Source: a virus
Taxonomy: Duplodnaviria; Caudoviricetes
IMG/VR virus record: IMGVR_UViG_3300043579_000337
Location: 1 to 60,141 of that record
DNA length: 60,141 nucleotides
Strand: one strand, 5' to 3'
The notes below the pieces were generated by a model. That model did not search any database. It worked only from the letters and a program-made list of their open reading frames with translations, and had not been told where the DNA came from. A program made the position numbers and the translations under genes. Positions 35,368 to 44,513 of the stretch are shown here, piece after piece; the stretch's first letter is position 1; the number at the start of each line of letters is the position of its first letter.

Positions 35368-37400
35368 TTTGTATTACACGCTTCGTCCGCTACGCCGAGT
35401 CCCAGGCTCAATGTCGGGGGCACCGTTTGTTGTAGTTCCACCTCGGCTTGCCGAACCGCAATCCGCAACGCAACGCGGTCGGCCGCGGCCTGTGACACGA
35501 TGCTCTCCGAGTGACCCACTCCCGTTGCCGTAAAACCGTCTTGCATAACCGTGGCGGTTTGGTTCGACGTAAAATTCCGCAAGGGGTCGGCCATAAAATG
35601 CGCGTAAACGTCGTCTAGGTCCGACGACTTAACCCCGGCGCCGTCGAACCGAATTACGTTGAATTTTTCCTCATCGAGGCATGCATCTGGGTCGCCGGAA
35701 TTCTGTTCGGGCTCTTCGAGTCCGTAGACCCGAATCCACCGAATCGTTGCCGGCCCATGGCCCACAATAAGAAGCTGAAAACTTTCATCAATGCCCTCGG
35801 TCCGTGGAGACTCCGGCGGGCACGAACCGGTTTCCGATTCAACTGATTGTTGATTGGCGTCCTCGGTCCGCTCTTCCCGAGACTGCGGCTTAAACCCGAA
35901 CAGAATCGTCGTGGCAATGATAGTGCTGTCTGGGCGCAAACTGCCGCGCTCAACTGAAATCCGTTTCGCCAGGATGGGCTTATACGCGCCTCGGATTCCG
36001 CCCGCATAAAACACCGCCAAGTCCAAATCCTCCTCTATTCCGCACAGCGCGATATCGGCAAAGCACATTCTGAACTTGGCAGCCGGGACTTTTTTCGCAA
36101 CCTGCGAAGTCTGCCCAAAATAGCCACGCGACTCTTTCGCCCACATAATCGGGCACTTGTTATCGAGCCGCTCCGGAAGAAAAGCTTCCCACAGCCTATT
36201 CTGGCAATCCTCGTCGGCCGACACGTGATAAATTCGTTCCGCGCCGGCAATTTGTCCGTAGACCCATTCAACGGGTCGCGTGCCAAGCCAGTAGCCCATC
36301 CAGCTCGGCCCGGAGCTATCCTGCAAAGTTTCAAGACTGGAATTATTCAATACCCAGGTGTGCTTGTTGAACAAGTCATCGGCTGGAACCGACATAAGCA
36401 GATATTGACCAAACGCGGCACCCGCAACCAAGCTGAGGTCTTCGGATAGCCGGGTTTTGGAAAACATCATCTCATTATCGCGAGTCGGAAGTCGTGCGGT
36501 AATCTTACTTTGTGCCGCAGCATCAAAAAACATAATACCGGACGAACTGAACCACACCAATTGCCCAAACTGGGACACCACGGAACGGTTCGATGTGCAG
36601 CCGACTTGAAATACCTCACGTTGAAAATCATCCGTGACAGGCCAGTGGGCTCGCTCTCGAATGTTCGCCTGCAAGATACTCGCGTCCGCTTCTGTAAACA
36701 CTAACAACTGCGGGAACTCCAAGCTCGGAGTTTTGGCGAGGGCCGTCACGTCGCTGCTGAAATAGAAAGCATTCTGACCGCCGAGATAAACTTCTTCACG
36801 AAACGAAAAAGGATTCGAGATATCGCTGGCGAACACTTTGTCATCTTGGGCAACCCAGAGCCTGTCTCCGACCCAAACCATCGGCCCACCCGATGGTGTT
36901 TCAAATGGATTACTCCGCACGTGGCCACTCTGGCTTCCGTCATACCACGCGGGCGCGGAGAGCCCTCCGTCCTGGATGAAGAGCACATTCTTTGGCGGGA
37001 ACACTTCGATTGCCGACGTGAAGTCGGTCGTGAGTCGACGCGCGGACTGCGTCGTCAGTGCCCAAAAAATCTGCTTGGCGTGGGGAGACATCTGCACGTT
37101 GGTGAGGAATCGAAAATTTGTAAACGGATAATCGGCGACGTAAATCACGCCCGCAATTGCGACCACCATTTGCTCCATCCCTACCTTGGGCCGGAAAAGT
37201 GTGGCGCCTTGTAGCTTTCCTTCAGGAAATTTTATGATACAGCGATACCCGGGCCGGCAAGAAACAATTCCGCCCGTGTTTTGGATGTTGATACCCATGT
37301 GATAGTATCCCATGGGAATCTGTCCTGGGTCCGAGTCCGATTTTGCGCCTCGGAACCACGTTCCGTCGTAATCAATGCTGTGTGTGTTTGCCGTTGCCAT
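35364..37400 (-). CDS. tail nozzle/tubular protein B (P22 gp10-like)
   Basis: ~680 aa; beta-propeller-like signatures RLWVA...FASDI..P and VGC.S..SVV..GQLVWFS..G; synteny. Confidence 0.75.
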   Translation of the reverse strand: MATANTHSIDYDGTWFRGAKSDSDPGQIPMGYYHMGINIQNTGGIVSCRPGYRCIIKFPEGKLQGATLFRPKVGMEQMVVAIAGVIYVADYPFTNFRFLTNVQMSPHAKQIFWALTTQSARRLTTDFTSAIEVFPPKNVLFIQDGGLSAPAWYDGSQSGHVRSNPFETPSGGPMVWVGDRLWVAQDDKVFASDISNPFSFREEVYLGGQNAFYFSSDVTALAKTPSLEFPQLLVFTEADASILQANIRERAHWPVTDDFQREVFQVGCTSNRSVVSQFGQLVWFSSSGIMFFDAAAQSKITARLPTRDNEMMFSKTRLSEDLSLVAGAAFGQYLLMSVPADDLFNKHTWVLNNSSLETLQDSSGPSWMGYWLGTRPVEWVYGQIAGAERIYHVSADEDCQNRLWEAFLPERLDNKCPIMWAKESRGYFGQTSQVAKKVPAAKFRMCFADIALCGIEEDLDLAVFYAGGIRGAYKPILAKRISVERGSLRPDSTIIATTILFGFKPQSREERTEDANQQSVESETGSCPPESPRTEGIDESFQLLIVGHGPATIRWIRVYGLEEPEQNSGDPDACLDEEKFNVIRFDGAGVKSSDLDDVYAHFMADPLRNFTSNQTATVMQDGFTATGVGHSESIVSQAAADRVALRIAVRQAEVELQQTVPPTLSLGLGVADEACNTK

Positions 37401-37402
37401 AG

Positions 37403-38365
37403 CTACACAATTCCCCAATCCGATTTATCGAGCAAACTACTCGAACGGTCGACCACTTGCAACGGTGCGAGGGTAGTCGTGGGTTCCGCCTTATCTTGGG
37501 CCTCGATTTCCATTCTCGCCGCGTTGGCTTCGAACGCCTGGGCTTCCGCCAACTTAAATTCTGAATAGTGCTTCGTCGCGCTAACCGCCATCAGCAATGC
37601 CATTCTGCTCTTCAGCGGAACATGGTCCCACCGAGAGTGAAAAATTGGCGTAGTCTTCCGATACGCGACCCGAACCCAGGGGGTGCACCGATTGATTTTA
37701 ATGCGCCGATATTGGGGCAGCGTTTCATCAGGTTCGTAGACCCCCAGAGTAACGCCCGTTGAACCAGAGTCATCAATCGTCGATAGCCGAATCGAGCCGA
37801 CCGTGCGTTGCTTAAACATTCCTGTAATGCGCGCAACTAGCGGCGCGCCCTGGTCGCTGACCGCCATCCCGTAAATCGTCGGAACCCGATACCCATCTCG
37901 CCATTCGCCCGCGACCTGATGGCGGAGCACGTTACCATTGCTGTCGTATCCAAACACCGTAAGTTCGGCGCCGTTGTCTTCCTCGGTCTGTAGATACGCC
38001 ACGAGTTTCGCCGGAGTAACTAAATCTCTAAACGTAGAATGCCACTGACCCTGGTCCTGCCACGAAAAGTCGCAAGAGCATCCACAGTCACCCGGACCGT
38101 TGAGATGAAAATTGAAAAGTGTTCCGAATCCGAGCGCGGGCTGCCCGCAGATGTTGACTGCGATTACAGTTTCAACTTCGCGCGGAAGGGTAATACACTT
38201 TCCGCCGCCGGTCGTGCAAATATCAAGCCAGCCTTTCCAGCCTTCAAAGTCACCCTTGTTGACGATAAGCGACACGGCATCGCCGAGCCAACGAAAAAAC
38301 TTGTGGTCGTCGCAGGCGCCAAGAATTTTCTTAGCGTCGTCTATAACATCAATCACTCTATACAC
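37403..38365 (-). CDS. tail adaptor/tubular protein A
   Basis: ITLPREVETV.AV motif; directly precedes the nozzle gene. Confidence 0.65.
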   Translation of the reverse strand: MYRVIDVIDDAKKILGACDDHKFFRWLGDAVSLIVNKGDFEGWKGWLDICTTGGGKCITLPREVETVIAVNICGQPALGFGTLFNFHLNGPGDCGCSCDFSWQDQGQWHSTFRDLVTPAKLVAYLQTEEDNGAELTVFGYDSNGNVLRHQVAGEWRDGYRVPTIYGMAVSDQGAPLVARITGMFKQRTVGSIRLSTIDDSGSTGVTLGVYEPDETLPQYRRIKINRCTPWVRVAYRKTTPIFHSRWDHVPLKSRMALLMAVSATKHYSEFKLAEAQAFEANAARMEIEAQDKAEPTTTLAPLQVVDRSSSLLDKSDWGIV

Positions 38366-38816
38366 AAACCCTCCGAACGTAATCCGCGGCTCGAATTAGG
38401 GAAGAAAAGTTTTCTCGAAAAAATCCAATCGCCGTATTACACTGTCGACATAGTAATCCCCGCACCTTGCCCGATTTATGGCAATGGTCCACACATAGTT
38501 GTTTTTCCTCTTGGCAAATCAAACATCGATTCCCCTGTTCCGCAGCTAATTGTTTGAAATTGTTCCACGTCAGTCCATACTTTTTTAAAATCGAATATCC
38601 CGGGTTCCGCTGCCGCCAGATTCTCGCCATTTGACTGTTATATTCGGTAGTCCGATTGTGATTTCTCCGGATTTGAATGGCTTGATACTTATCTGGATTA
38701 TTTTTTGCCCAACGCCTAGTGGCCAAACGCTGTGCTATTGGATTTGCCGCACGCCAGCGGCGACTCGCTGCCCGAGCTTTTTCTTTCTGACTTTCTGTTA
38801 AATCCGAGTAAGCCAT
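38358..38816 (-). CDS. endonuclease VII-family homing endonuclease
   Basis: KYGLT...QGNRCLIC...VDHCHKSGKVRGLLCRQCNTAIG. Confidence 0.9.
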   Translation of the reverse strand: MAYSDLTESQKEKARAASRRWRAANPIAQRLATRRWAKNNPDKYQAIQIRRNHNRTTEYNSQMARIWRQRNPGYSILKKYGLTWNNFKQLAAEQGNRCLICQEEKQLCVDHCHKSGKVRGLLCRQCNTAIGFFRENFSSLIRAADYVRRVCV

Positions 38817-38817
38817 A

Positions 38818-39159
38818 TTAATAGCCCGACTTACCTTTACCGCGCGCTTTCATCACGGTCTTCGCAATGTCGTCCAACGCATCGCCGACTTTCGTCTCGC
38901 GCGAGTCCTCCTTGTCTGGATAAAGCTCCACGATTTTGTGCACTTCGATTGTGCACTCGTATCGACTCTCTCCGTCGGCTCGCTCGTTCATTGAACTAGC
39001 GACTTTCTTAAACCGAATCGTCATCTCGCCCTCGTGAGGGAAATCAATTTTCTCCTCGCTGGTAACGTGGAATGATGGATAGGATACGCGGTCCCGGGCA
39101 ATTTCCACCGGCCCCATGTCATCCCAATCCTGACCCAAATCGATGTTAACTTTTGGCAT
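38818..39159 (-). CDS. hypothetical late protein
   Basis: 113 aa, MPKVNIDLG...; late box upstream. Confidence 0.7.
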   Translation of the reverse strand: MPKVNIDLGQDWDDMGPVEIARDRVSYPSFHVTSEEKIDFPHEGEMTIRFKKVASSMNERADGESRYECTIEVHKIVELYPDKEDSRETKVGDALDDIAKTVMKARGKGKSGY

Positions 39160-39165
39160 ATACTT

Positions 39166-39174
39166 AAACAGTGC
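39166..39174 (-). promoter_or_regulatory. late-gene box GCACTGTTT
   Basis: GCACTG ends 9 nt before ATG 39159. Confidence 0.7.
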
Positions 39175-39181
39175 TGATTTT

Positions 39182-39865
39182 TTACGACAGTCGAGCGACC
39201 GCAATATCGCATAATTCAATTGCAAAAGAAGACCGGTCCCATGCGATATTTATCGCATTCAGGACACCGTCCACTTCATCCACCGCCAGGGAACCACCCG
39301 TCGTAAAGGTGTGAGTCGAAATCGCTGAAGGCGTGGCCTCTTCCATACGCGCCAAAAATTGCGACCTACTTACGTCTATGGCCGATGTTGGACCGGGCCA
39401 AAACGACGAAAACGAAAAATTGGGCGAACCTTTTTCGATATCCACGAACAGCAACATCCGGTCCGGAACGCTGTCGGCCGCGCGGCCGGGAATCCCCATA
39501 ACGGAACCGGTTAAATTGGTCCCAATCGAAAGCGTAGAACCAACCTTTTTCGCCGCGCTGAGCGCAATTGACCCGTAATGCGACCCGGCCGCATATCCCC
39601 AAGTAAGCGTATCGGTAATCGCCCCCACCCAATGCGTTACGCTAGCGTCGCCCATGATATTGGTAGTGCCGCTACATAGCCCGACGGCAAACCTCGGGGT
39701 TCCGCTAGGAGCCGACCCCAAGTCACGCGCGTGAAAACGAATTCCCACGCGAATCTTGGTCCACAACGTTCCAATACTCAGCGTGCGAGCGAACGCCGAA
39801 TTCTCCATCGCAATCGCCTTTTCGGTCGCCGCGCTAATTGTTCTCGCAATAATTACTGATGCCAT
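39182..39865 (-). CDS. putative structural beta-rich protein
   Basis: 227 aa, Ser/Thr/Gly-rich, in the fibre cluster. Confidence 0.6.
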   Translation of the reverse strand: MASVIIARTISAATEKAIAMENSAFARTLSIGTLWTKIRVGIRFHARDLGSAPSGTPRFAVGLCSGTTNIMGDASVTHWVGAITDTLTWGYAAGSHYGSIALSAAKKVGSTLSIGTNLTGSVMGIPGRAADSVPDRMLLFVDIEKGSPNFSFSSFWPGPTSAIDVSRSQFLARMEEATPSAISTHTFTTGGSLAVDEVDGVLNAINIAWDRSSFAIELCDIAVARLS

Positions 39866-39869
39866 AAAA

Positions 39870-40280
39870 TTAAAAATTATGATTTACGTAGGCCGTGCCC
39901 CATCCCGTTCCGCCGTTTAATCCGTTCAACGCCGAAGTATCAGCATACGACTCCATATCGTCATAGTCTTTCAAACCAACATACACGAGGTGGTCTTGAT
40001 AAGCTGCCGAAAAGCCAAATCCGCCATCCAGCCCCTGCAACGGGTCGGCGTCATTATAATCATCCATCTCGTCCAGCGCTTGGATTCCCAGGAACAAATT
40101 TCGGTCCGCATAGACAGACGTCCACTCGATAACAAAAAGATGATTGCCGTCTTCTCCTCCGTCAAGCCCATTTAATACCTCTCCATCGACGTATCCTTCA
40201 AAGTCGTCGTTAGGTATCGCAGCAAACTGCGCGGATGCGGCGCGCAAGAATGCGAGGTCGAGTAAAGACAGACTTCTCAT
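39870..40280 (-). CDS. acidic protein with three internal repeats
   Basis: D(D/E)(F/M)(E/D)xYxDxxxLxGLxGG three times. Confidence 0.7.
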   Translation of the reverse strand: MRSLSLLDLAFLRAASAQFAAIPNDDFEGYVDGEVLNGLDGGEDGNHLFVIEWTSVYADRNLFLGIQALDEMDDYNDADPLQGLDGGFGFSAAYQDHLVYVGLKDYDDMESYADTSALNGLNGGTGWGTAYVNHNF

Positions 40281-40891
40281 TAGGGCTCCGAAGAATACGC
40301 GGCAACAATATCGGAATCATTCGCGCCAAAACAAGTCACAGACAAAATTGCAATTTTATTGGCGATGATAGACGCGGGAGCAACGGAACCGACAAACTTC
40401 CACCCCACAGGAAACGTAAACGTTCTAGTTGAGCTGTCGCCAATGATTCGAATCGTTAGCGCTTTTGGCGCCCCGCGGTTCGAAGTCGTGAACGTGACGT
40501 TGCCGGCCAGGGTCAGCGACCGATAATCATCTGCGTCGAAGTCTAGGTTAGTTGCGGCAGCATATGCCAGAGTCGAATGTGAAAAGCTTCCTTCGGGGCC
40601 GGCCGGGCCTTGTATCCCTTGTATCCCTTGTATCCCTTGTATCCCTTGTATCCCCTGTGGTCCGGTTGTGCCCGTGGCCCCGGTCGGTCCTGCGGCTCCC
40701 TGTGGACCGGTTGCGCCGTCCGGACCTGTTGCCCCCGTCGGACCTTCCGGGCCTTCCGGACCAACCATCGTAAAGCTCTCGTTTGGCACCCTACGGAGTC
40801 GGCGTGTCCCCGGCGATACTTCAATATGAGAAAGCAAGTGCGTATCAGGGGGCAGCGGGTCTTCCCATAGAGGAATCTCTGAAGTTTTCAT
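40280..40891 (-). CDS. collagen-repeat fibre protein
   Basis: [12 protein letters not shown]...(GIQ)5GPAGPEG; C-terminal LTLAGNVTF...RTFTFP..WKF domain. Confidence 0.85.
   Translation of the reverse strand: MKTSEIPLWEDPLPPDTHLLSHIEVSPGTRRLRRVPNESFTMVGPEGPEGPTGATGPDGATGPQGAAGPTGATGTTGPQGIQGIQGIQGIQGIQGPAGPEGSFSHSTLAYAAATNLDFDADDYRSLTLAGNVTFTTSNRGAPKALTIRIIGDSSTRTFTFPVGWKFVGSVAPASIIANKIAILSVTCFGANDSDIVAAYSSEP
40611..40654. repeat. 9-bp tandem repeat (tgtatccct) x ~5
   Basis: Encodes (GIQ)n in the collagen stretch. Confidence 0.9.
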
Positions 40892-41145
40892 ATGTCGTCA
40901 ATGCAAATCAATTCGCCGTTATCTTCCGTAATCGGCACCAAGTTTCCCTCGACTTCTTCATCTTCAAGAACGAAAAAACATTCGGCCGGTGAATCGGAAT
41001 CCGGATTCCGAATCGTCAAAATGTATCTGGGAGCACCCGCCGTTTTAGTGCCACCCCGCGGAGGACAACACGAACTCGTGCCGTTATCACCCACCGACTT
41101 AGGAACGAATGTTCCCCGTCGACATTGGCTACTCGATGCGGACAT
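40888..41145 (-). CDS. small Cys-containing structural protein
   Basis: MSASSSQC...SSCCPP...; ATGA coupling to the collagen gene. Confidence 0.55.
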   Translation of the reverse strand: MSASSSQCRRGTFVPKSVGDNGTSSCCPPRGGTKTAGAPRYILTIRNPDSDSPAECFFVLEDEEVEGNLVPITEDNGELICIDDI

Positions 41146-42166
41146 ACGTAATGCTCGTCGCGTTCGCCACTGCGGCAATCTTATTCGAAGTGGTCGCCTT
41201 TCCAAAAAGTGCGACGGTCTGATTCGGACCGGTGGTTTCCGCAATCGCATTGAGAATCACTTGCTTCTCTTCATCCTGGATTATGTTTGAAATACCTTTT
41301 TCGGAGCCCGGCACGTCCACCGATGTTGAACTGTTTCGCAGTTTAAACGTAACTTTATCAGTCGTTGCCACGGTTGCGAGTCCAATCACTCCAACCACTG
41401 CAGTCAGAAGATACCGACCTTCGTCCGGCAGCAACACTTCCGGAACCGAGGACGTAAAGTCCACCGCGGCATACGCAACTTGAGTATCGTAATTCGTGCC
41501 GGACGTAACAGAAAAGGCACCGTTCACTGCCGTGAACGACTCCCCGGGGCTACCAGTAGCGCCAGGAGTTCCTTGCGGGCCTTGCGGACCCGTCACGCTC
41601 GCGCCTGGGAATCCAGACGGAACGACTAATTTACCCGCGTTGATGATGGCGGGCGCGCCCGAGACCGCGCGCACGAGCGTAAGAAAAAGCACGCCGGACG
41701 AATCAGCTTCGTTAACCAGATACCACCCAGACGTCGCGATGAAAACATACAAATCGTCGAGAATAGCCGGATTCGCCGCCGTGATTACCTGAACGTTAGG
41801 ACTGCCAGAACTCGGCTGCGCAAACGCCGCTAAAGTAACGGTATACGCGTTTCGTCCAGCCGTGCCGTCCGCTCCAGGCTGACCGGCCGGACCAGTTAAC
41901 CCAATGATACCGTCTTCGAACAACCGGAGAAAATAGCACGCGAGGCCCTCGCCGCTCGCGCGCGGGTTGTTCGGTAGTCCGACGTCCAAACTGCAGGGCA
42001 GCGACCACGTAACTACGCCGTCGACTTCAGTCTTGACCACTGCGCCAAAAAACTGGTCGGTAAAATTCTGAATCTGAGACGGCAGCGACTCGCATGCCGC
42101 GGTGTTCGTTTCCGATACTGCATTACACGGATTGCAGCAACTGTTGTTGTGACTACCACACGACAT
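41129..42166 (-). CDS. collagen-repeat fibre protein with Cys-rich N-terminus and BclA/C1q-like C-terminus
   Basis: MSCGSHNNSCCNPCN; GPAGQPGADG, GPQGPQGTPG; C-terminal GRYLLTA.V...SITYVRI. Confidence 0.75.
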   Translation of the reverse strand: MSCGSHNNSCCNPCNAVSETNTAACESLPSQIQNFTDQFFGAVVKTEVDGVVTWSLPCSLDVGLPNNPRASGEGLACYFLRLFEDGIIGLTGPAGQPGADGTAGRNAYTVTLAAFAQPSSGSPNVQVITAANPAILDDLYVFIATSGWYLVNEADSSGVLFLTLVRAVSGAPAIINAGKLVVPSGFPGASVTGPQGPQGTPGATGSPGESFTAVNGAFSVTSGTNYDTQVAYAAVDFTSSVPEVLLPDEGRYLLTAVVGVIGLATVATTDKVTFKLRNSSTSVDVPGSEKGISNIIQDEEKQVILNAIAETTGPNQTVALFGKATTSNKIAAVANATSITYVRIE

Positions 42167-42167
42167 A

Positions 42168-42698
42168 TTACATTTTCTCCCGCAAAATTTTCACCTCGGC
42201 GCGGGCTGAGCCGTGACGGTGGCTGAACCAATACAACGCAACCGCGCCGATACCGACGCACAAAATTAACAACTCGTTTCCAACTACCACGCTGGGCAGT
42301 ATCGTAAGCCCCAGCCCCGCAATCATCGCAACTGCTGATGTAGTCGCGCTACCCACAATCGCCTTGAGCGGTGGCCACACCAGCGACGCGGCGCCTAATA
42401 CGAAAAGTCCAATTCCAACAAACATAACCGGACGAAGGGCAGAAAGCTTTGCGACTGCCTCGCCGATGGTATTTTTCTGGGCCGCGCCAATCTTCGTGGT
42501 CCACGTGATGCGCGTTCCGTCCGGCCGAATTTCCACATACTCGCCCGTGGTAGAATCTTTAGGATTGTCGGGTTGCCCAACCCCGCCAGAAAATCCTGCG
42601 GAATTGAACCCAGACCATCCGCCCCGGGTAGACCACGACTGGCAACCTTGCGTGAACGCCGCGACGGCGAAAAGTATTGCGACCAACACGGCTTTCAT
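42168..42698 (-). CDS. lipoprotein with C-terminal TM helices (lysis/spanin candidate)
   Basis: Signal and lipobox AAFTQG-C; three hydrophobic helices near the C-terminus. Confidence 0.6.
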   Translation of the reverse strand: MKAVLVAILFAVAAFTQGCQSWSTRGGWSGFNSAGFSGGVGQPDNPKDSTTGEYVEIRPDGTRITWTTKIGAAQKNTIGEAVAKLSALRPVMFVGIGLFVLGAASLVWPPLKAIVGSATTSAVAMIAGLGLTILPSVVVGNELLILCVGIGAVALYWFSHRHGSARAEVKILREKM

Positions 42699-42892
42699 TC
42701 GTCGTATTTAGCCGATTTCCGGGCCGCGCGGACCTTGTAAACTATCAACACGAAAGTTGCCAGAGCAACCAAAATCTGACTCACCGTAAGCGCCGAGTTC
42801 AGATATGGCTCGATTACATTGAACCAGGATTTCGCGGCTTGAAGCAGCGTGTTAACGCTGAGCCAACCCAGAACTGCATTATCGCTCTTCAT
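42695..42892 (-). CDS. small membrane protein (holin candidate)
   Basis: 65 aa, TM helix then basic tail YKVRAARK. Confidence 0.5.
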   Translation of the reverse strand: MKSDNAVLGWLSVNTLLQAAKSWFNVIEPYLNSALTVSQILVALATFVLIVYKVRAARKSAKYDE

Positions 42893-42898
42893 AAGAAT

Positions 42899-42929
42899 CA
42901 AAAGGGCGAGCGGTTTCCCGCCCGCCCTA
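42899..42929 (-). terminator. intrinsic terminator after the capsid gene
   Basis: AGGGCGGGCGG-GAAA-CCGCTCGCCCT followed by a short T run. Confidence 0.75.
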
Positions 42930-42963
42930 TGTTCACCTTACCCCGATGAATTAAACCGGGCGC

Positions 42964-44289
42964 TTAGTTATCGCATTGGTCGCCGCAGACCGGGTCTGGG
43001 CAATCCACTACGTCGCAGCAAACACCCACGTTTGTGAAGCTGTCAGCTCCAGAGAACGATGCCGAATCCGTGTCCGCGCAGTCGACCAATCCCAGGTCAG
43101 CTTGGCAGCGCTTGTAGAGAATCGGGATGATGTGCTGAGGGCGCATCGGACAGTATGCACGGGTAATCTGATACTTGTGCCAGCCGAAATCGCCCCACTG
43201 ATTGCACTTGTTGTCAATCTGATAGTGCCATTCCAGTTCGCCGGCATGGAGCTGCGGAGCAAACCGGAAGCTACCTTCGCCGACATACCGTTCCGGAACT
43301 TGGCGCTCGAAAGAGCCTTCCGCAATGAGCACGCCGACTTCATAGTCAGCCGTGAGCCACGCGGGATTCACTTTCGCATACGCGGTGTTTCGACACGCGT
43401 TCGAAATGATGGTAACCGGGTCGACGAGCGCAAGTGTGCCATCCGCATTGAAACCGGTAGCGCGCAGCGGACGCTGGTCAACTCCGAAGGCGAGACCGCG
43501 ATACGCCGGGCTGGACTCGAAGGAATAGGCGGTCAGCGAGGTTTCCCCCAGCTTATAGCCACCTTCCGTGAGGCAACACATGACGTTCTGGACGCCGATT
43601 TCAGACCGAAAATACTCGACTTGGTCGGAGCCGCCGATGAATCGGAAATGCGGCATGCCCTTGTCGGAACCATACCACTCGCCGAACAGCACCTCTTTGA
43701 GATACCGCGCGATGTAGTGCAGCGCCTTGAAGGTCATAGGACCGGTAGGCAACAGCGGCGCAAACTTCACGCCCAGGTCGCACTCGGAACCGCCTGTAAA
43801 CAGCGAATTGAAGTCGTAGCCGGCGTTAGCCGTGAACTTCGAAGCCGAGCGCAGATACAACTGGGCACGAATGTCCGCGTTGATATACTGCGTAATCAGC
43901 TTCTTGAGAGAGTCTTCTGCCATCGTGTAGCTACCCTTGAAAGCGGAATAGCCTTTCTTGACGCAGATGTTGGGACCGCGACCGCGAAAAGATTCGAGTC
44001 GACAGTTCAGTTCGATGGTGTCGGTCAAGTCCTGGTGACCCAGATTACCGCAAAGCTCGGTATCACACACGAACTGCGGAATCGCAAGCGAATCACCCGG
44101 CGCGGCCTGCATCTGAACCACACTTCGGTGGTTGTCCGATACGCCGGCGGGAAAAACACCGCCTCCGATGACGTTGATATAGGGGGAATTCGCGGCTAAC
44201 GCGCGAGCGATGGACCCAACAATTCTGTTGCTGTCCTTTGAGGCGATATCAGATATTGTATCTGCGTCGCATTCGTTGAAATCAGGCAC
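42964..44289 (-). CDS. major capsid protein (Cys-rich)
   Basis: 441 aa; follows portal and scaffold; own promoter box, long leader and downstream terminator; C-terminal GDFGWHKYQITRA..P.RP. Confidence 0.8.
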   Translation of the reverse strand: MPDFNECDADTISDIASKDSNRIVGSIARALAANSPYINVIGGGVFPAGVSDNHRSVVQMQAAPGDSLAIPQFVCDTELCGNLGHQDLTDTIELNCRLESFRGRGPNICVKKGYSAFKGSYTMAEDSLKKLITQYINADIRAQLYLRSASKFTANAGYDFNSLFTGGSECDLGVKFAPLLPTGPMTFKALHYIARYLKEVLFGEWYGSDKGMPHFRFIGGSDQVEYFRSEIGVQNVMCCLTEGGYKLGETSLTAYSFESSPAYRGLAFGVDQRPLRATGFNADGTLALVDPVTIISNACRNTAYAKVNPAWLTADYEVGVLIAEGSFERQVPERYVGEGSFRFAPQLHAGELEWHYQIDNKCNQWGDFGWHKYQITRAYCPMRPQHIIPILYKRCQADLGLVDCADTDSASFSGADSFTNVGVCCDVVDCPDPVCGDQCDN

Positions 44290-44458
44290 TGTAACCTTTT
44301 CTTTCAGAGACTTACATAAACCGGCGCTCTTTTTGAGTTTTCACTCTATTGCCGGGTTGAGAAAACAATCTCTCTCAACAGAGTTTTATGTCAATCGCTG
44401 AGGCCAACAGCGGATAGGCCGTTCCCTGAGAGCCAAGCAGGGCGTAGTAAGGCTCTAC
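44290..44458 (-). ncRNA. candidate structured 5' leader RNA of the capsid gene
   Basis: Two H-type pseudoknots plus a multi-stem junction with a GAAA tetraloop, by manual pairing. Confidence 0.5.
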
Positions 44459-44460
44459 CA

Positions 44461-44491
44461 AATCAGTGCTCGGCCGCGAGATTTGCGTCAA
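44461..44491 (-). promoter_or_regulatory. capsid promoter: GCACTGATT box with upstream TTGACG
   Basis: TTGACG-16 nt-GCACTGATT; variant of the late box. Confidence 0.6.
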
Positions 44492-44513
44492 CCTCAAAAT
44501 AAACTACAAAGCT

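Noticed and set aside
42976-44199. 407-aa plus-strand ORF (also 22304-23329 and 58409-59248)
   Set aside because: Antisense shadows of strongly codon-biased real genes; no motifs.
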